From contig JACPNN010000004.1 of assembly GCA_016185435.1 (NCBI GenBank), positions 73,635 to 137,634 of the forward strand: a stretch of 64,000 bases of DNA, in the 5' to 3' direction. A model generated the notes under the pieces. It did no database searches and was not told the origin of the DNA. It was given only the letters and a program-made list of their open reading frames with translations. The DNA comes from Candidatus Aenigmatarchaeota archaeon. GTDB taxonomy: Archaea; Aenigmatarchaeota; Aenigmatarchaeia; QMZP01. Both the position numbers and the translations under genes were made by a program. Positions within the stretch are counted from its first letter, which is position 1, and each line of letters begins with the position of its first letter. Positions 1 to 8,940 of this stretch are shown here, piece after piece.

Positions 1-66
1 AGAAAGGAGGAAGAAATGGACAGATTAATGGCGACCATTGCAAGGGAAGTTTTGGACAGATTCTGA
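1..66 (+). CDS. 3' end of an upstream gene (C-terminal ...RKEEEMDRLMATIAREVLDRF*); possibly Nop5/Nop56, because of the conserved archaeal nop5-flpA gene order
   Basis: Open frame runs to the window edge and ends at TGA 64-66, about 80 nt upstream of the fibrillarin gene. The identity rests on synteny only. Confidence 0.25.
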   Translation, partial: RKEEEMDRLMATIAREVLDRF

Positions 67-146
67 TTTCCTCGCAAGCTGACAAAGCAATTTCTGCTGT
101 GTAAGTAGTTGGAAGAAGTTAAATATCTCTCCTCCATCTATTTCAT

Positions 147-800
147 ATGCACCTCCTTTTCCCCGGCATCTGGAAGCATGAAGGCAGGATACTGACAAGG
201 AACCTTATTGCTGGCCAGAAAAGCCTTTCGGAAGAGCTGCTGACAGTTGATGGGACTGAATACAGAGCATGGGACCCTTATCACTCAAAGCCTGCTGCGG
301 CCATAATGAAGGGCCTGAAGGATTTTCCCATAAAGGAGGGGGGCAAGATACTGTATCTGGGGGCTGCAAACGGGAATACGGCGAGCTATTTTTCAGACAT
401 AATCGGGATGAAGGGGATTATTTATGGGGTGGAAATATCAGACAGGGCGATGATAGACCTCATCCAGCTGTGCAGGAAGAGGAGGAATATAGCGCCGATA
501 CTGGCCAATGCCAAGCTGCCCAAGGAATACATATGGATAGAGAGGGTGGATGCCGTTTATGAGGACGTGGCCGCAAGAGACCAGACTGAAATACTGATAA
601 GGAACTGCCAGACCTTCCTGAAGAAAGGGGGATATGCGATGATTGCGATAAAGGCAAGGAGCATAGATGTGGTGAAGAACCCGAAGGAGATATTCAGGCA
701 GGAGATGGCCAAGCTGAAGGAGCATTTCGAGGTGGCGGAAGAGATTGATATTGAGCCGTTTGAGAAGGACCATGAGCTTGTTGTGCTGAGAATGAAATAG
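147..800 (+). CDS. flpA: Fibrillarin-like rRNA/tRNA 2'-O-methyltransferase
   Basis: 217 aa. SAM-binding motif LYLGAANGNTASYFSDIIG and overall similarity to archaeal fibrillarin. TAG stop. Confidence 0.9.
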   Translation: MHLLFPGIWKHEGRILTRNLIAGQKSLSEELLTVDGTEYRAWDPYHSKPAAAIMKGLKDFPIKEGGKILYLGAANGNTASYFSDIIGMKGIIYGVEISDRAMIDLIQLCRKRRNIAPILANAKLPKEYIWIERVDAVYEDVAARDQTEILIRNCQTFLKKGGYAMIAIKARSIDVVKNPKEIFRQEMAKLKEHFEVAEEIDIEPFEKDHELVVLRMK

Positions 801-862
801 ATATCATAGCGGCCACAAAATCTGGGAATGCTTTAAGCGACAATAAGGATCCTGACAGGGCC

Positions 863-2131
863 TCATTTGTACTTCTTGGATCTGCCCTGATAATGGCTGT
901 CATGGCCTGCGTAGTCTGAATGGGAGCTGTACATGTCCTGGCCTCCTGATTCAGCTGCCCTGGCAGGCGACAGGGGCTTGTAAGGGTTGCTTTCCTCTCC
1001 CTGAACCGGCTCGAAGCGCTTCTCGAAGTCGGCATTTGGGACATTCTCAGTATCTATTGTTGAAAGCGTGCCCATGCTTGTCCTGAAGCTCCACAGGAGC
1101 GTGCCCTTCATATCCAGACAATAGAGATTGCAGTCGAAGCCGCTGAGGAAAAGCCTATTGTTGAGGAAGGATGGAGGGGCGCATAAACCGCCTTTGGCCT
1201 GGAACCTCCAGAGAAGCCTGCCGCTTTCGTCCAGGGTATAGAGGTTGCCGTCGAAGGAGGGGAGGAAGATAAGGCCGCTGTGGAAAGAAGGCGCAACCGT
1301 GATGTCGTTGGTTGGGAATTTCCAGAGCAAGCGGCCTTCTGCGGTCAGGGCGTAGAGGTTGCCGTCGAAGGAGCCTGTATAAATTGTGCTCCTGTTTATG
1401 CTCGGATTGTATGGGCCTATAGGCTCAGAAGCGGCGAATTTCCAGAGAAGCTCGCCTGAAAGGTTCACGGAATACAGGTTCTTGTCCTTGGAGCCGAAAT
1501 ACAGAGAATCCCCCAGAACCCGGGCCCTGCTCACCACCCCATTTGTCGCAAATTTCCAGAGGACATTTCCATCAAGGGAGAGAGCATGCATATTGCTGTC
1601 TGCCGAGGGGACAAAGACCATATCCTTATGGACATGGGGATCGGAGTATATGGGGCCGTTGGTCGCATATTTCCATAGAACCTTGCCGTCCCTGCCCAGA
1701 ACATAGAGCTGGCCGTCGTGGCAGCCGAAATATATCGCATTATCAGTCACAAGCAGGCTTGTTATCACTATGTCGTTTGTAGGGAATTTCCACAGAAGCT
1801 GGCCCTCGTGGGTTATACAGTAGATGTTGCCGTCGTAGCTGCCGAAATATATGGCATCCCTGTCGGCTGCGGGCGTTCCTATTACCGGCCCTCCGGTCCT
1901 GAACCTGAATATCTCGTTCCCTTCCCTGTCAAGGGCGTACATGCTGCCGTCGCAGCAGCCGAAGTATATCACAGAGCCGCTGACCCTTGGAGGGCATGCT
2001 ATGCTGCCGCCAATGGTGAGGTGGAAGAAAGGGTCCTTTATGGCCCTTGTATTCGCAGATACCTCGACCATCCCGAAGGCGTCGGGAAGGGGCTCCATAG
2101 GCCAACTGCTCTCCTGGACGTAGTCCCTCAT
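863..2131 (-). CDS. PQQ-like beta-propeller repeat protein
   Basis: 422 aa with at least 8 repeats of the pattern DG(N)LYAL..G.LLWKF..(N)..., typical of PQQ/YVTN beta-propeller blades. Confidence 0.75.
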   Translation of the reverse strand: MRDYVQESSWPMEPLPDAFGMVEVSANTRAIKDPFFHLTIGGSIACPPRVSGSVIYFGCCDGSMYALDREGNEIFRFRTGGPVIGTPAADRDAIYFGSYDGNIYCITHEGQLLWKFPTNDIVITSLLVTDNAIYFGCHDGQLYVLGRDGKVLWKYATNGPIYSDPHVHKDMVFVPSADSNMHALSLDGNVLWKFATNGVVSRARVLGDSLYFGSKDKNLYSVNLSGELLWKFAASEPIGPYNPSINRSTIYTGSFDGNLYALTAEGRLLWKFPTNDITVAPSFHSGLIFLPSFDGNLYTLDESGRLLWRFQAKGGLCAPPSFLNNRLFLSGFDCNLYCLDMKGTLLWSFRTSMGTLSTIDTENVPNADFEKRFEPVQGEESNPYKPLSPARAAESGGQDMYSSHSDYAGHDSHYQGRSKKYK

Positions 2132-2201
2132 AATATCCTTATCTATCGAAAAAGCGATTTTAAATCTGTTGTGGCTGAAAAGCAGAAAAGAGGCGGATGG
2201 C

Positions 2202-3356
2202 CTATTTCTCCATCGCAGCCACGCCTTCCCGCATCCTTGACTTGAAGGCCTCTATGTCCTTCACCATGGCCCCTGCTGCCCTCTCATGGCCGCCGCCCAT
2301 GCCGATCCCTTCTGCGGCCTTCTTTATGATGTCACCGATGTCGAAGGCTGCGTGCTGCCATCTGGCAGAGATCTTCCAGCCTCCGGCCGACTTCTTGTAG
2401 ATTGTGATTATATTTTCAGGATAGGTCTTTGCGAGGATGCTGGATATGAGGCTTACGATGTTCAGGGGGGACTGGACCTCGTAAAAGATTATCCTGTTTT
2501 CTGTTTTCTTGTTCTTCTCGAAATCCTTCAATATTGCATCCACTTCATTCTTTACGGATTCATACATGTCGCCAAGCCTTATGTCTGAAACAAAGGAATA
2601 GAAGTCAGGGGCCTTCACCAGGGTTTCAAGGGCGTATTTGGCCCCTGTGAGGCCTTTGGCGGTTATGGCCGCTGAGATGAGCTTGGCTGCGTGGCCTGTC
2701 TTGGAGTCTATTATGCTTTCGTCGAGATCAGTGTCCACCAGATCCTTGAAGCGCTGCCTGTAGTCCTCAAGGAACTGGTTGCAGTCATGTATTGCGTAAT
2801 CAGAGATTACTCCAATAGCTGCGACCCACATGTGCTTCTGGACCATGTAGCCGAGATCCGATAAAAGGTTGTACACAAGGTAGCTTGTCGGCTGGTAGAT
2901 GCTTTTGTTTTCGAATCTGGGATTGATGTGAACAATGTTCTCTGAATTCATATTCTTATCAGGGGTGTGGTGGTCTATAACTACAAATGTTGAGTTCCTC
3001 AGGAGCTTGGACGCCTGCTCAACTTTCCTCCATTCCTGATCCACGGGAAGATCAAGGAAAACAACAACATCAGGCCTTTTTCCGTAGATCCACTTGACAA
3101 AGTCGTCGTCCATCATGGGGCCTTCCCGGGCAAAGGTCTCGAAATGGGGGAAGGCCTTGAGGAAGAGGGCTGCAGAGCTTATGCCGTCGCCGTCCTGGTG
3201 GTAGAAAAGGAGGGGCCTTTTGCTGTTTTCAAAGAGGTCCCTGAGGTTGGGGGCCATGTTATAAGTGGGGGGTGTGGGGTTTATATATGCGCAGTTCCTT
3301 AAGGGATCCACTGCATTGATGTGGAAATATAGTCTATATAACTCGATTTCCAACAT
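2202..3356 (-). CDS. DHH/DHHA1 family phosphoesterase (NrnA-like nanoRNase / pAp phosphatase or RecJ-like)
   Basis: 384 aa. DHH motif (VVIDHHTP) and DHHA1 GGGH motif (GMGGGHERAAG). Confidence 0.8.
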   Translation of the reverse strand: MLEIELYRLYFHINAVDPLRNCAYINPTPPTYNMAPNLRDLFENSKRPLLFYHQDGDGISSAALFLKAFPHFETFAREGPMMDDDFVKWIYGKRPDVVVFLDLPVDQEWRKVEQASKLLRNSTFVVIDHHTPDKNMNSENIVHINPRFENKSIYQPTSYLVYNLLSDLGYMVQKHMWVAAIGVISDYAIHDCNQFLEDYRQRFKDLVDTDLDESIIDSKTGHAAKLISAAITAKGLTGAKYALETLVKAPDFYSFVSDIRLGDMYESVKNEVDAILKDFEKNKKTENRIIFYEVQSPLNIVSLISSILAKTYPENIITIYKKSAGGWKISARWQHAAFDIGDIIKKAAEGIGMGGGHERAAGAMVKDIEAFKSRMREGVAAMEK

Positions 3357-3434
3357 TATCCTCTTTGCTGTTCTTCTTTCCCAAGAGATTGCTTATTCAT
3401 TCTCTCCTAAATAAATTGGTACCCCCAGAAAGCG

Positions 3435-6400
3435 CTACCAGTTTGGCCACTCTATGGACGGCTTAAAGACCAGATATGCTATGCCCCCCTGAACCCCTCT
3501 GGCAACCCATCTGTATGCTCCTGAAACCGGGCCCAGAGAACTGCTGAGGGCCAATATGGTTATATCGAATGCAGTACCCGCTATCTGTTTTCTCATATCC
3601 TCACTGCTGTAGCAGAAATTGTATTTCTCTCCCTGTTTCTTGCTTTCCACTGAGACGACAACCGCATCGACCGTGCATGTCGGATCGGAAGGCAGTCTAA
3701 TGGGCTTGAAGCCGTACAGCTCTTTGATATAATCGATTCTTCCGTCCTCGTCTGAATCTGCCATCCTGAACATGTTGTTTTCGTGGATAGTTATGGTATC
3801 GATAAACGCATCGGGCTCTGTTGGGGGATTCTCATCGGTGAAGGAAAGCGTGTATGCTTTCAGCCTGTCTATCGGGTCGTTCACAGTGAATATCATCAGA
3901 TCTGCAAGTTCATCGGACGTTCCTGCTGTTATGGCATCCCTTTTCGCGTGGCTGAAGAATGTTATTGCATTCCTATTTATGGCTTTGTCCAGCTTTTCGG
4001 AACGGATGATGCAGTAGGATTCCCATAGGGAAAGATCTACATGATTGTCTTTCTTTTCCAGATAAGTGAATCTGAAGAAACGGTCAATGGGACTGTTCTT
4101 GTCCGAGCTTTCAGCGTGGCTCTCTTTGTCACCGCAGATGAAATAGGGTGAGTCAAGGGTAACGTAGTCTCCGCCTCTTTTCTGCGCTGTGGCGGGGTCA
4201 ATTGTATCTATCAGTTGGTCATTGTAGTATATCTCTGCCTTGTAGCAGCTGAACTTGTCTCCCTGGCCTTCTTCTATCACAAGGGGGTTGTTGGCGGATG
4301 TCTGTACACTCGCAACATCTGTCCATCTCCTTTCATACGGCTTGCAGTTGTCAAGCTTTTGTATTTTCTCAACCGATGTCCCTGTGCTTTGGGATGGATC
4401 ATTGCCAATCAGGCCAAGCGGGGGTAATTTTATCTTTTCCAGTTTTTGATTAATATAAACAAAAAGCCTTCTTTTATCCTCGTTCCTGCTTTCCAGAAGG
4501 TCCTTGAGAGAATCGGCGAGATATGTCTTCGCCAGGAAGCTGCCGCACATTGGCTGCTCCTTGATTTCCCCAAGGTCGGGCTGGTCGCACTGGGTCACGC
4601 CTGTGATTGCGTCATGCTCGTATCCATAACATCTGATTGGCCTTGACTCAACCTTGAGGTCTCCGTGACAGGGGGAGGCCAGATAGAACTTGGTTGGGAA
4701 ATTGCCCACCACGCCAGTTCCTGATGCATAGCCCTTGTCAAGCACGACGGGTTTCCCGATTTCAACGCCGTTCAATTGATAGGTTGTGTCAAAAATCTCT
4801 GCCGGATTCTCAAAGTCTTCGCCTTTTAAGTCTTCAAGCGAGCATTTTAGGGCCCTCATCAAAAGCATGCTTCCGCCTATTGGCTCGCTTTTGAGCAGTT
4901 CACATTCACTGAGCTTGCCGAAGTAGGTTGCAATGCCCGTGAATCCAAAATACAGCATTGTTTTCTTTGCCTGATCCCACTTTATCCCTAAAAATACCTT
5001 CTGGGCCACAGCCTTTTGGGCATCTTCCTTCATCAGGGGCATAAAGTCTATCACATCTGCCCCGATTTTTTCTGAAAGTGGCTTGTTCAGCAAGGACTTT
5101 GCCTTGTCATGGTTTAGCTGGAGGAATGTCCATGCGTCAGCTTCTGTCCCTTGGGCTTTAGCAAGGGCCTTGAACGCGGGGCTGGCATCATCTACCACGT
5201 TTCGAAGTTCGCCGAATGTTTTGTAAGTTTTGACCACCTCATCACTGACGCTGTGGTAATAAACCTTTCTGATAAGGCCTGATTTGAGGGCATATTCTTC
5301 CAGGCGGTTGAGCTTGGTGTTGCCTTTCCCTATCCCCACCGCAAGGAAGGCGTCGTCCTTCAGCTTGGAGATGGATTTTTTCACGGCTTCATAGCCCATG
5401 CCGATGGTCTTGCCGAACCCTGATCTTCTGCTTGCATCGACAACTGTCTTCACAGGCGCTATGGCCCTGCGGCCAATCGATTTGAACATGAAATCGGCAG
5501 GGATCATATACAGGACGACAACTGTCGCTGATTCCCACCACGAGGAGAAGCTTTTCCAGGATGCGTCCTCTCCTTCCGGGAACTGCTGGTAATAGACAAG
5601 GTAGCTGGGATTGCCAGCGCCATAGATGAATTCCTTGGGGCTCGCAAAGCCGCCGAAATCATCCGGAAGGCTGAAGCCCAGTATCTTGCATGACTTTACA
5701 ACTTCCTCTTCTTTGCAATCCTCTGCCTTGGCCAGCTTTGCATTTCCTTCCTCCACTGTGCCTTTAAGGAGCTTTTCAGCCTCTTTCCTGCATTTTTCCT
5801 GTGCTTTCTCATTTGTATCGGCAACAATAGGGAGCATTCTCAGCGGGCCGTATGGAGGGACGGAACATTTCTCGCATGTCACCTGCTTTTTCTGGCCTTC
5901 CCTGCAGTCGATTACTGTCCTGTCAATGGGCTTGCATTTGGGGCCGGGATTTGGACCAATGTTCTTTTCACAGACATCGCTGCTGTACTTGCTTCCACAC
6001 TCTTTCTCAGGAAGCCATCTGAAGCCTGTTTCAGGGCCTGTGAGGCAGCACACGGTGTCCTTGCAGATAATATCCTTCACTACTTCGGCCTTTTCTGAAC
6101 GCTCCTTTGATTTTGCCTCTTCAGCTGCTTCAGGGGTCACATAAAGCTGGTAGCATTCATCGCTGTCATAGATCTGGCCGCTCATGACGGTATTGGTAGC
6201 GCAGACAAGGGCTGTGTAGGACTCTATTGAGGTCTTGTCGTCCTGGGGGCTGGTGGCGCAGAAAATTCCCAAATTCTTGCACATGAACTCGAACAGCTTG
6301 GCAATGCCCTGGCCGCCAGAGGCTATGATGATCAGAAGGACAAGAGCCAGAACTATAAATCCTATTATTTCAGGCCCCATCTCCTCAGCTTCGCTGCCTT

Positions 6401-6461
6401 TTCTTGCTTTACCGAAAGACATGTTATCACTTGCCTGATGAAGACTTGGAGAAGAGATCAA
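3435..6461 (-). CDS. Large (about 1000 aa) membrane-anchored, Cys-rich extracellular protein of unknown function
   Basis: One N-terminal TM helix (IIGFIVLALVLLIIIASG), then a long hydrophilic domain with many Cys pairs. The true start is probably the Met at 6422 (MSFGKARKG...), which avoids overlap with the small upstream ORF. Confidence 0.6.
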   Translation of the reverse strand: MISSPSLHQASDNMSFGKARKGSEAEEMGPEIIGFIVLALVLLIIIASGGQGIAKLFEFMCKNLGIFCATSPQDDKTSIESYTALVCATNTVMSGQIYDSDECYQLYVTPEAAEEAKSKERSEKAEVVKDIICKDTVCCLTGPETGFRWLPEKECGSKYSSDVCEKNIGPNPGPKCKPIDRTVIDCREGQKKQVTCEKCSVPPYGPLRMLPIVADTNEKAQEKCRKEAEKLLKGTVEEGNAKLAKAEDCKEEEVVKSCKILGFSLPDDFGGFASPKEFIYGAGNPSYLVYYQQFPEGEDASWKSFSSWWESATVVVLYMIPADFMFKSIGRRAIAPVKTVVDASRRSGFGKTIGMGYEAVKKSISKLKDDAFLAVGIGKGNTKLNRLEEYALKSGLIRKVYYHSVSDEVVKTYKTFGELRNVVDDASPAFKALAKAQGTEADAWTFLQLNHDKAKSLLNKPLSEKIGADVIDFMPLMKEDAQKAVAQKVFLGIKWDQAKKTMLYFGFTGIATYFGKLSECELLKSEPIGGSMLLMRALKCSLEDLKGEDFENPAEIFDTTYQLNGVEIGKPVVLDKGYASGTGVVGNFPTKFYLASPCHGDLKVESRPIRCYGYEHDAITGVTQCDQPDLGEIKEQPMCGSFLAKTYLADSLKDLLESRNEDKRRLFVYINQKLEKIKLPPLGLIGNDPSQSTGTSVEKIQKLDNCKPYERRWTDVASVQTSANNPLVIEEGQGDKFSCYKAEIYYNDQLIDTIDPATAQKRGGDYVTLDSPYFICGDKESHAESSDKNSPIDRFFRFTYLEKKDNHVDLSLWESYCIIRSEKLDKAINRNAITFFSHAKRDAITAGTSDELADLMIFTVNDPIDRLKAYTLSFTDENPPTEPDAFIDTITIHENNMFRMADSDEDGRIDYIKELYGFKPIRLPSDPTCTVDAVVVSVESKKQGEKYNFCYSSEDMRKQIAGTAFDITILALSSSLGPVSGAYRWVARGVQGGIAYLVFKPSIEWPNW

Positions 6462-6579
6462 AAAGGACCTGGGTGATGCTTTTTCCCTTGAATGCGAAAT
6501 CCACGATAAAGGCTAAAACAACCAGAAGGACGATGATTGCAATAATGATTACGACGAGAGTCTTGATCGAGAACTCCAT
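6427..6579 (-). CDS. Small single-TM membrane protein (50 aa), hypothetical
   Basis: MEFSIKTLVVIIIAIIVLLVVLAFIVDFAFKGK... lies immediately upstream of the large surface protein on the same strand. Coding status is uncertain. Confidence 0.3.
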   Translation of the reverse strand: MEFSIKTLVVIIIAIIVLLVVLAFIVDFAFKGKSITQVLFDLFSKSSSGK

Positions 6580-7055
6580 AAATAATATTAAGTCCAAGGC
6601 ATAAATAAGATATATGAGCGACGATTTTATCATGGTTGTACTGCCGTGGTTCATAGCTGCGATAATAACAGTAGTTGCTATTATATATGTTGGGGACAAA
6701 TTAGGCGTGTTCAAATGAAAGGCGATTACGGCCCTGTGACAATGTGGATGATGCTGGCACTGCTCCTTGCATTTATAATAGGACTTGTCATTCTGGTCAT
6801 TAATAACAAGTTTTATGGGCCCATTCTGAAATGATATTTTTGGGCATATTTTATAAAAAGAAAATCCAATATCAAAGGCCATTTTGCATCAGGACGGCAA
6901 CAGGATAAGCCAGAAGAGCGTATCCTGCTTGTTCTTTCCTGGAAACGTTTTCAAGTATGCAGCTTTCCCAGATACTGAATAAATTATCCACGCTTTTCCA
7001 ATGGGGCACCAACAGGTGAGGGTAATTTATGTGAAGAAAGCCAAATATTCATGGA

Positions 7056-7691
7056 ATGAAAATGAAGGCAGCTATTGTAGGCGACTGGGTTCTTATTCTT
7101 TTCGCAATAATTGGAATTTTTTCTGCAATAGCGCTTGTCACATATCTTGCAGCAAGAACTCTGGCACCGCTGTGCTGGCAGAACACTATTGAGCCTCTGG
7201 CTTCTTCCCTTACGGGAGAAAAGGGTGCCATAGGAGATCTGAGGCTTCTGGGGGGAAGAAGCGAATTCGATTTCAGGCTGCCCATGGAATATGATTGCGT
7301 GAAAAGCGTGCAGTTCAAGGGATACAAGGCATGCATGGGAATATGCGACAGCTTTGGCGGGGAGCAGGACAAAAAGATATGCAAGGAGAGATGTACAAAA
7401 TGCAAGGACAGGGATGGGTGTGTAGTTGCTGTGCCAGTGAAAAAGAGCTTTGGAAATGTTGTCTGGTCTTTTGTCTCCGGCGGTGATGCGGGTAAGACAG
7501 CAAAGCAGATCCACATAAACATCGATACATTCCCGTCTGACTATTCGTTTGAGGGTGATGATGAACTTCAGCCGCTGAAAGGAAAAGACAAGGTATACTG
7601 TCTTCACTTTTCCAAGTCAGGGGACAGTTATAATATCGTCAAGAAGGTTGTGGATGTCACAGCTTCCTGTGGAGGGTTTACGGCGGAGTGA
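7056..7691 (+). CDS. Membrane-anchored Cys-rich protein; first gene of the pilin-like operon
   Basis: 211 aa. N-terminal hydrophobic segment KAAIVGDWVLILFAIIGIFSAIALV, then a Cys-rich hydrophilic domain. The overlapping antisense ORF 6984..7607 was rejected on composition. Confidence 0.55.
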   Translation: MKMKAAIVGDWVLILFAIIGIFSAIALVTYLAARTLAPLCWQNTIEPLASSLTGEKGAIGDLRLLGGRSEFDFRLPMEYDCVKSVQFKGYKACMGICDSFGGEQDKKICKERCTKCKDRDGCVVAVPVKKSFGNVVWSFVSGGDAGKTAKQIHINIDTFPSDYSFEGDDELQPLKGKDKVYCLHFSKSGDSYNIVKKVVDVTASCGGFTAE

Positions 7692-7695
7692 TATC

Positions 7696-8160
7696 ATGAA
7701 AGGGGATGTAAGCGAGGAGCAGTCATATTTCATAGGGGCCGTAGTCATAGGTCTCATGTCGCTTGTTGTCATAGTGAACGTGTTCGTGCTCCCTTTCATG
7801 AGCGACAAATTCAAAGCCACAAACCTTGCCGCAGACATCTCATTCTACATGGGAGCCTTTTCCATCCTCGAGTCCGATGAAAAGGGAGAAGTGGAGATTG
7901 TGCTTGACAGAAAATATGACATAGAATTCAAAAGGCTGGGCCTCGCTGACATAGAAAGGCTGAAGCATATCAGTAAGACATTTGCAGGGGCTGGATTATA
8001 TGTCACTGCATATGCTTACAAAAAGGATGGCAAGGACAGGGAAATGGGACAGAGCATGTATATCATAGTCGACGATGCGGATGAAACAAAATTCACGGCA
8101 TCAGAATACATCAAGATCATAAAGAAGCCGGGGGAAAAAACGAGGTTTGAGTATCTATGA
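7696..8160 (+). CDS. N-terminally anchored small protein (pilin-like), hypothetical
   Basis: Start moved to ATG 7696 (MKGDVSEEQSYFIGAVVIGLMSLVVIVNVFV). A single hydrophobic helix follows a short charged N-terminus. The stop overlaps the next start (ATGA). Confidence 0.5.
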   Translation: MKGDVSEEQSYFIGAVVIGLMSLVVIVNVFVLPFMSDKFKATNLAADISFYMGAFSILESDEKGEVEIVLDRKYDIEFKRLGLADIERLKHISKTFAGAGLYVTAYAYKKDGKDREMGQSMYIIVDDADETKFTASEYIKIIKKPGEKTRFEYL

Positions 8161-8546
8161 TGAAGGCAAGCACACAGGGGATTGAATTCACAGTGGCTGT
8201 GGTTATTTATATATTCTTTGTCATTGGCCTTATCGTAATGATGCTGGTGTACTTGCAGACAATAAATGTCGATACATCGAATGTTGAGCCTGCCCTCAGG
8301 AAGGTGGATGTCGCCCATGCGGCAAAGAACTGCCTCACTGAAAGGGGGGAGATAAAGAAAAACCTGCTGACAGAAGAAAGGGTTCGAAAATGCGGCCTAG
8401 GCAGCTATTACATAAGGGTCACGAACCTTGAAACAAAGGAGATGTGGCAGCATGGATATAACAAAGAAGGTCTTGAGCATACAGTGTTCGCTGCCATTGA
8501 AAAGGACAATGGAGCTGATCCTGCGGAGATCTATGTCAAAGCTTAA
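8157..8546 (+). CDS. Putative class III signal peptide (pilin-like) protein
   Basis: 129 aa. N-terminus MMKASTQG|IEFTVAVVIYIFFVIGLIVMMLV resembles prepilin/class III signal peptides (G then hydrophobic with an early Glu). Confidence 0.5.
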   Translation: MMKASTQGIEFTVAVVIYIFFVIGLIVMMLVYLQTINVDTSNVEPALRKVDVAHAAKNCLTERGEIKKNLLTEERVRKCGLGSYYIRVTNLETKEMWQHGYNKEGLEHTVFAAIEKDNGADPAEIYVKA

Positions 8547-8940
8547 AGGCATAGGGCCTGAACTGATAGTGCTGATAATTATAGCAGCCTTTGGCTTCGG
8601 TTTTGCCTATCTTATCACGCATATCGACTGGATTTCTTTCGTAATAGGGATAAATAATTATCTGAAGCTGTCGTTTGATCTGGAGGACAGGGGGACGAAG
8701 ACGCTTGCATTTCTCCTGACGAGGGAGGGAGGTAGGACAGCGGCTGAAGAGATTGGCGGTTTGAGGGCTGGAAGGGAGCCTGCCGGATTTGTGGAGAAGG
8801 CTGCTGAAGCGCTGAGGATAAAGGTTGAGATAGGGGATGACAAAGGCAGGGTGATAAAGAAGTATGGGGTTGTGTCGGATGCTGTCGACACTACTATAGC
8901 TTTGCCGGGCCTGAAGAAGGGGAGGGTGTCAGTGGGATGA
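8533..8940 (+). CDS. Putative class III signal peptide (pilin-like) protein
   Basis: Start chosen at MSKLKG|IGPELIVLIIIAAFGFGFAY (KG followed by a hydrophobic stretch). A longer ORF from 8428 exists. Overlaps the previous gene by 14 nt. Confidence 0.45.
   Translation: MSKLKGIGPELIVLIIIAAFGFGFAYLITHIDWISFVIGINNYLKLSFDLEDRGTKTLAFLLTREGGRTAAEEIGGLRAGREPAGFVEKAAEALRIKVEIGDDKGRVIKKYGVVSDAVDTTIALPGLKKGRVSVG

Noticed and set aside
269-773. Overlapping ORFs (269..562 plus strand, and 438..773 and 460..657 minus strand) inside the fibrillarin gene
   Set aside because: They are alternative-frame or antisense ORFs within a well-supported conserved gene, with low-complexity, Arg/Gly- or Pro-rich translations typical of out-of-frame reads.
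6984-7607. 207-aa minus-strand ORF antisense to the first pilin-operon gene
   Set aside because: The plus-strand frame gives a coherent membrane-anchor plus Cys-rich protein that starts an ATGA-coupled operon. The minus-strand translation is Cys/Ser/Leu-rich with no features.
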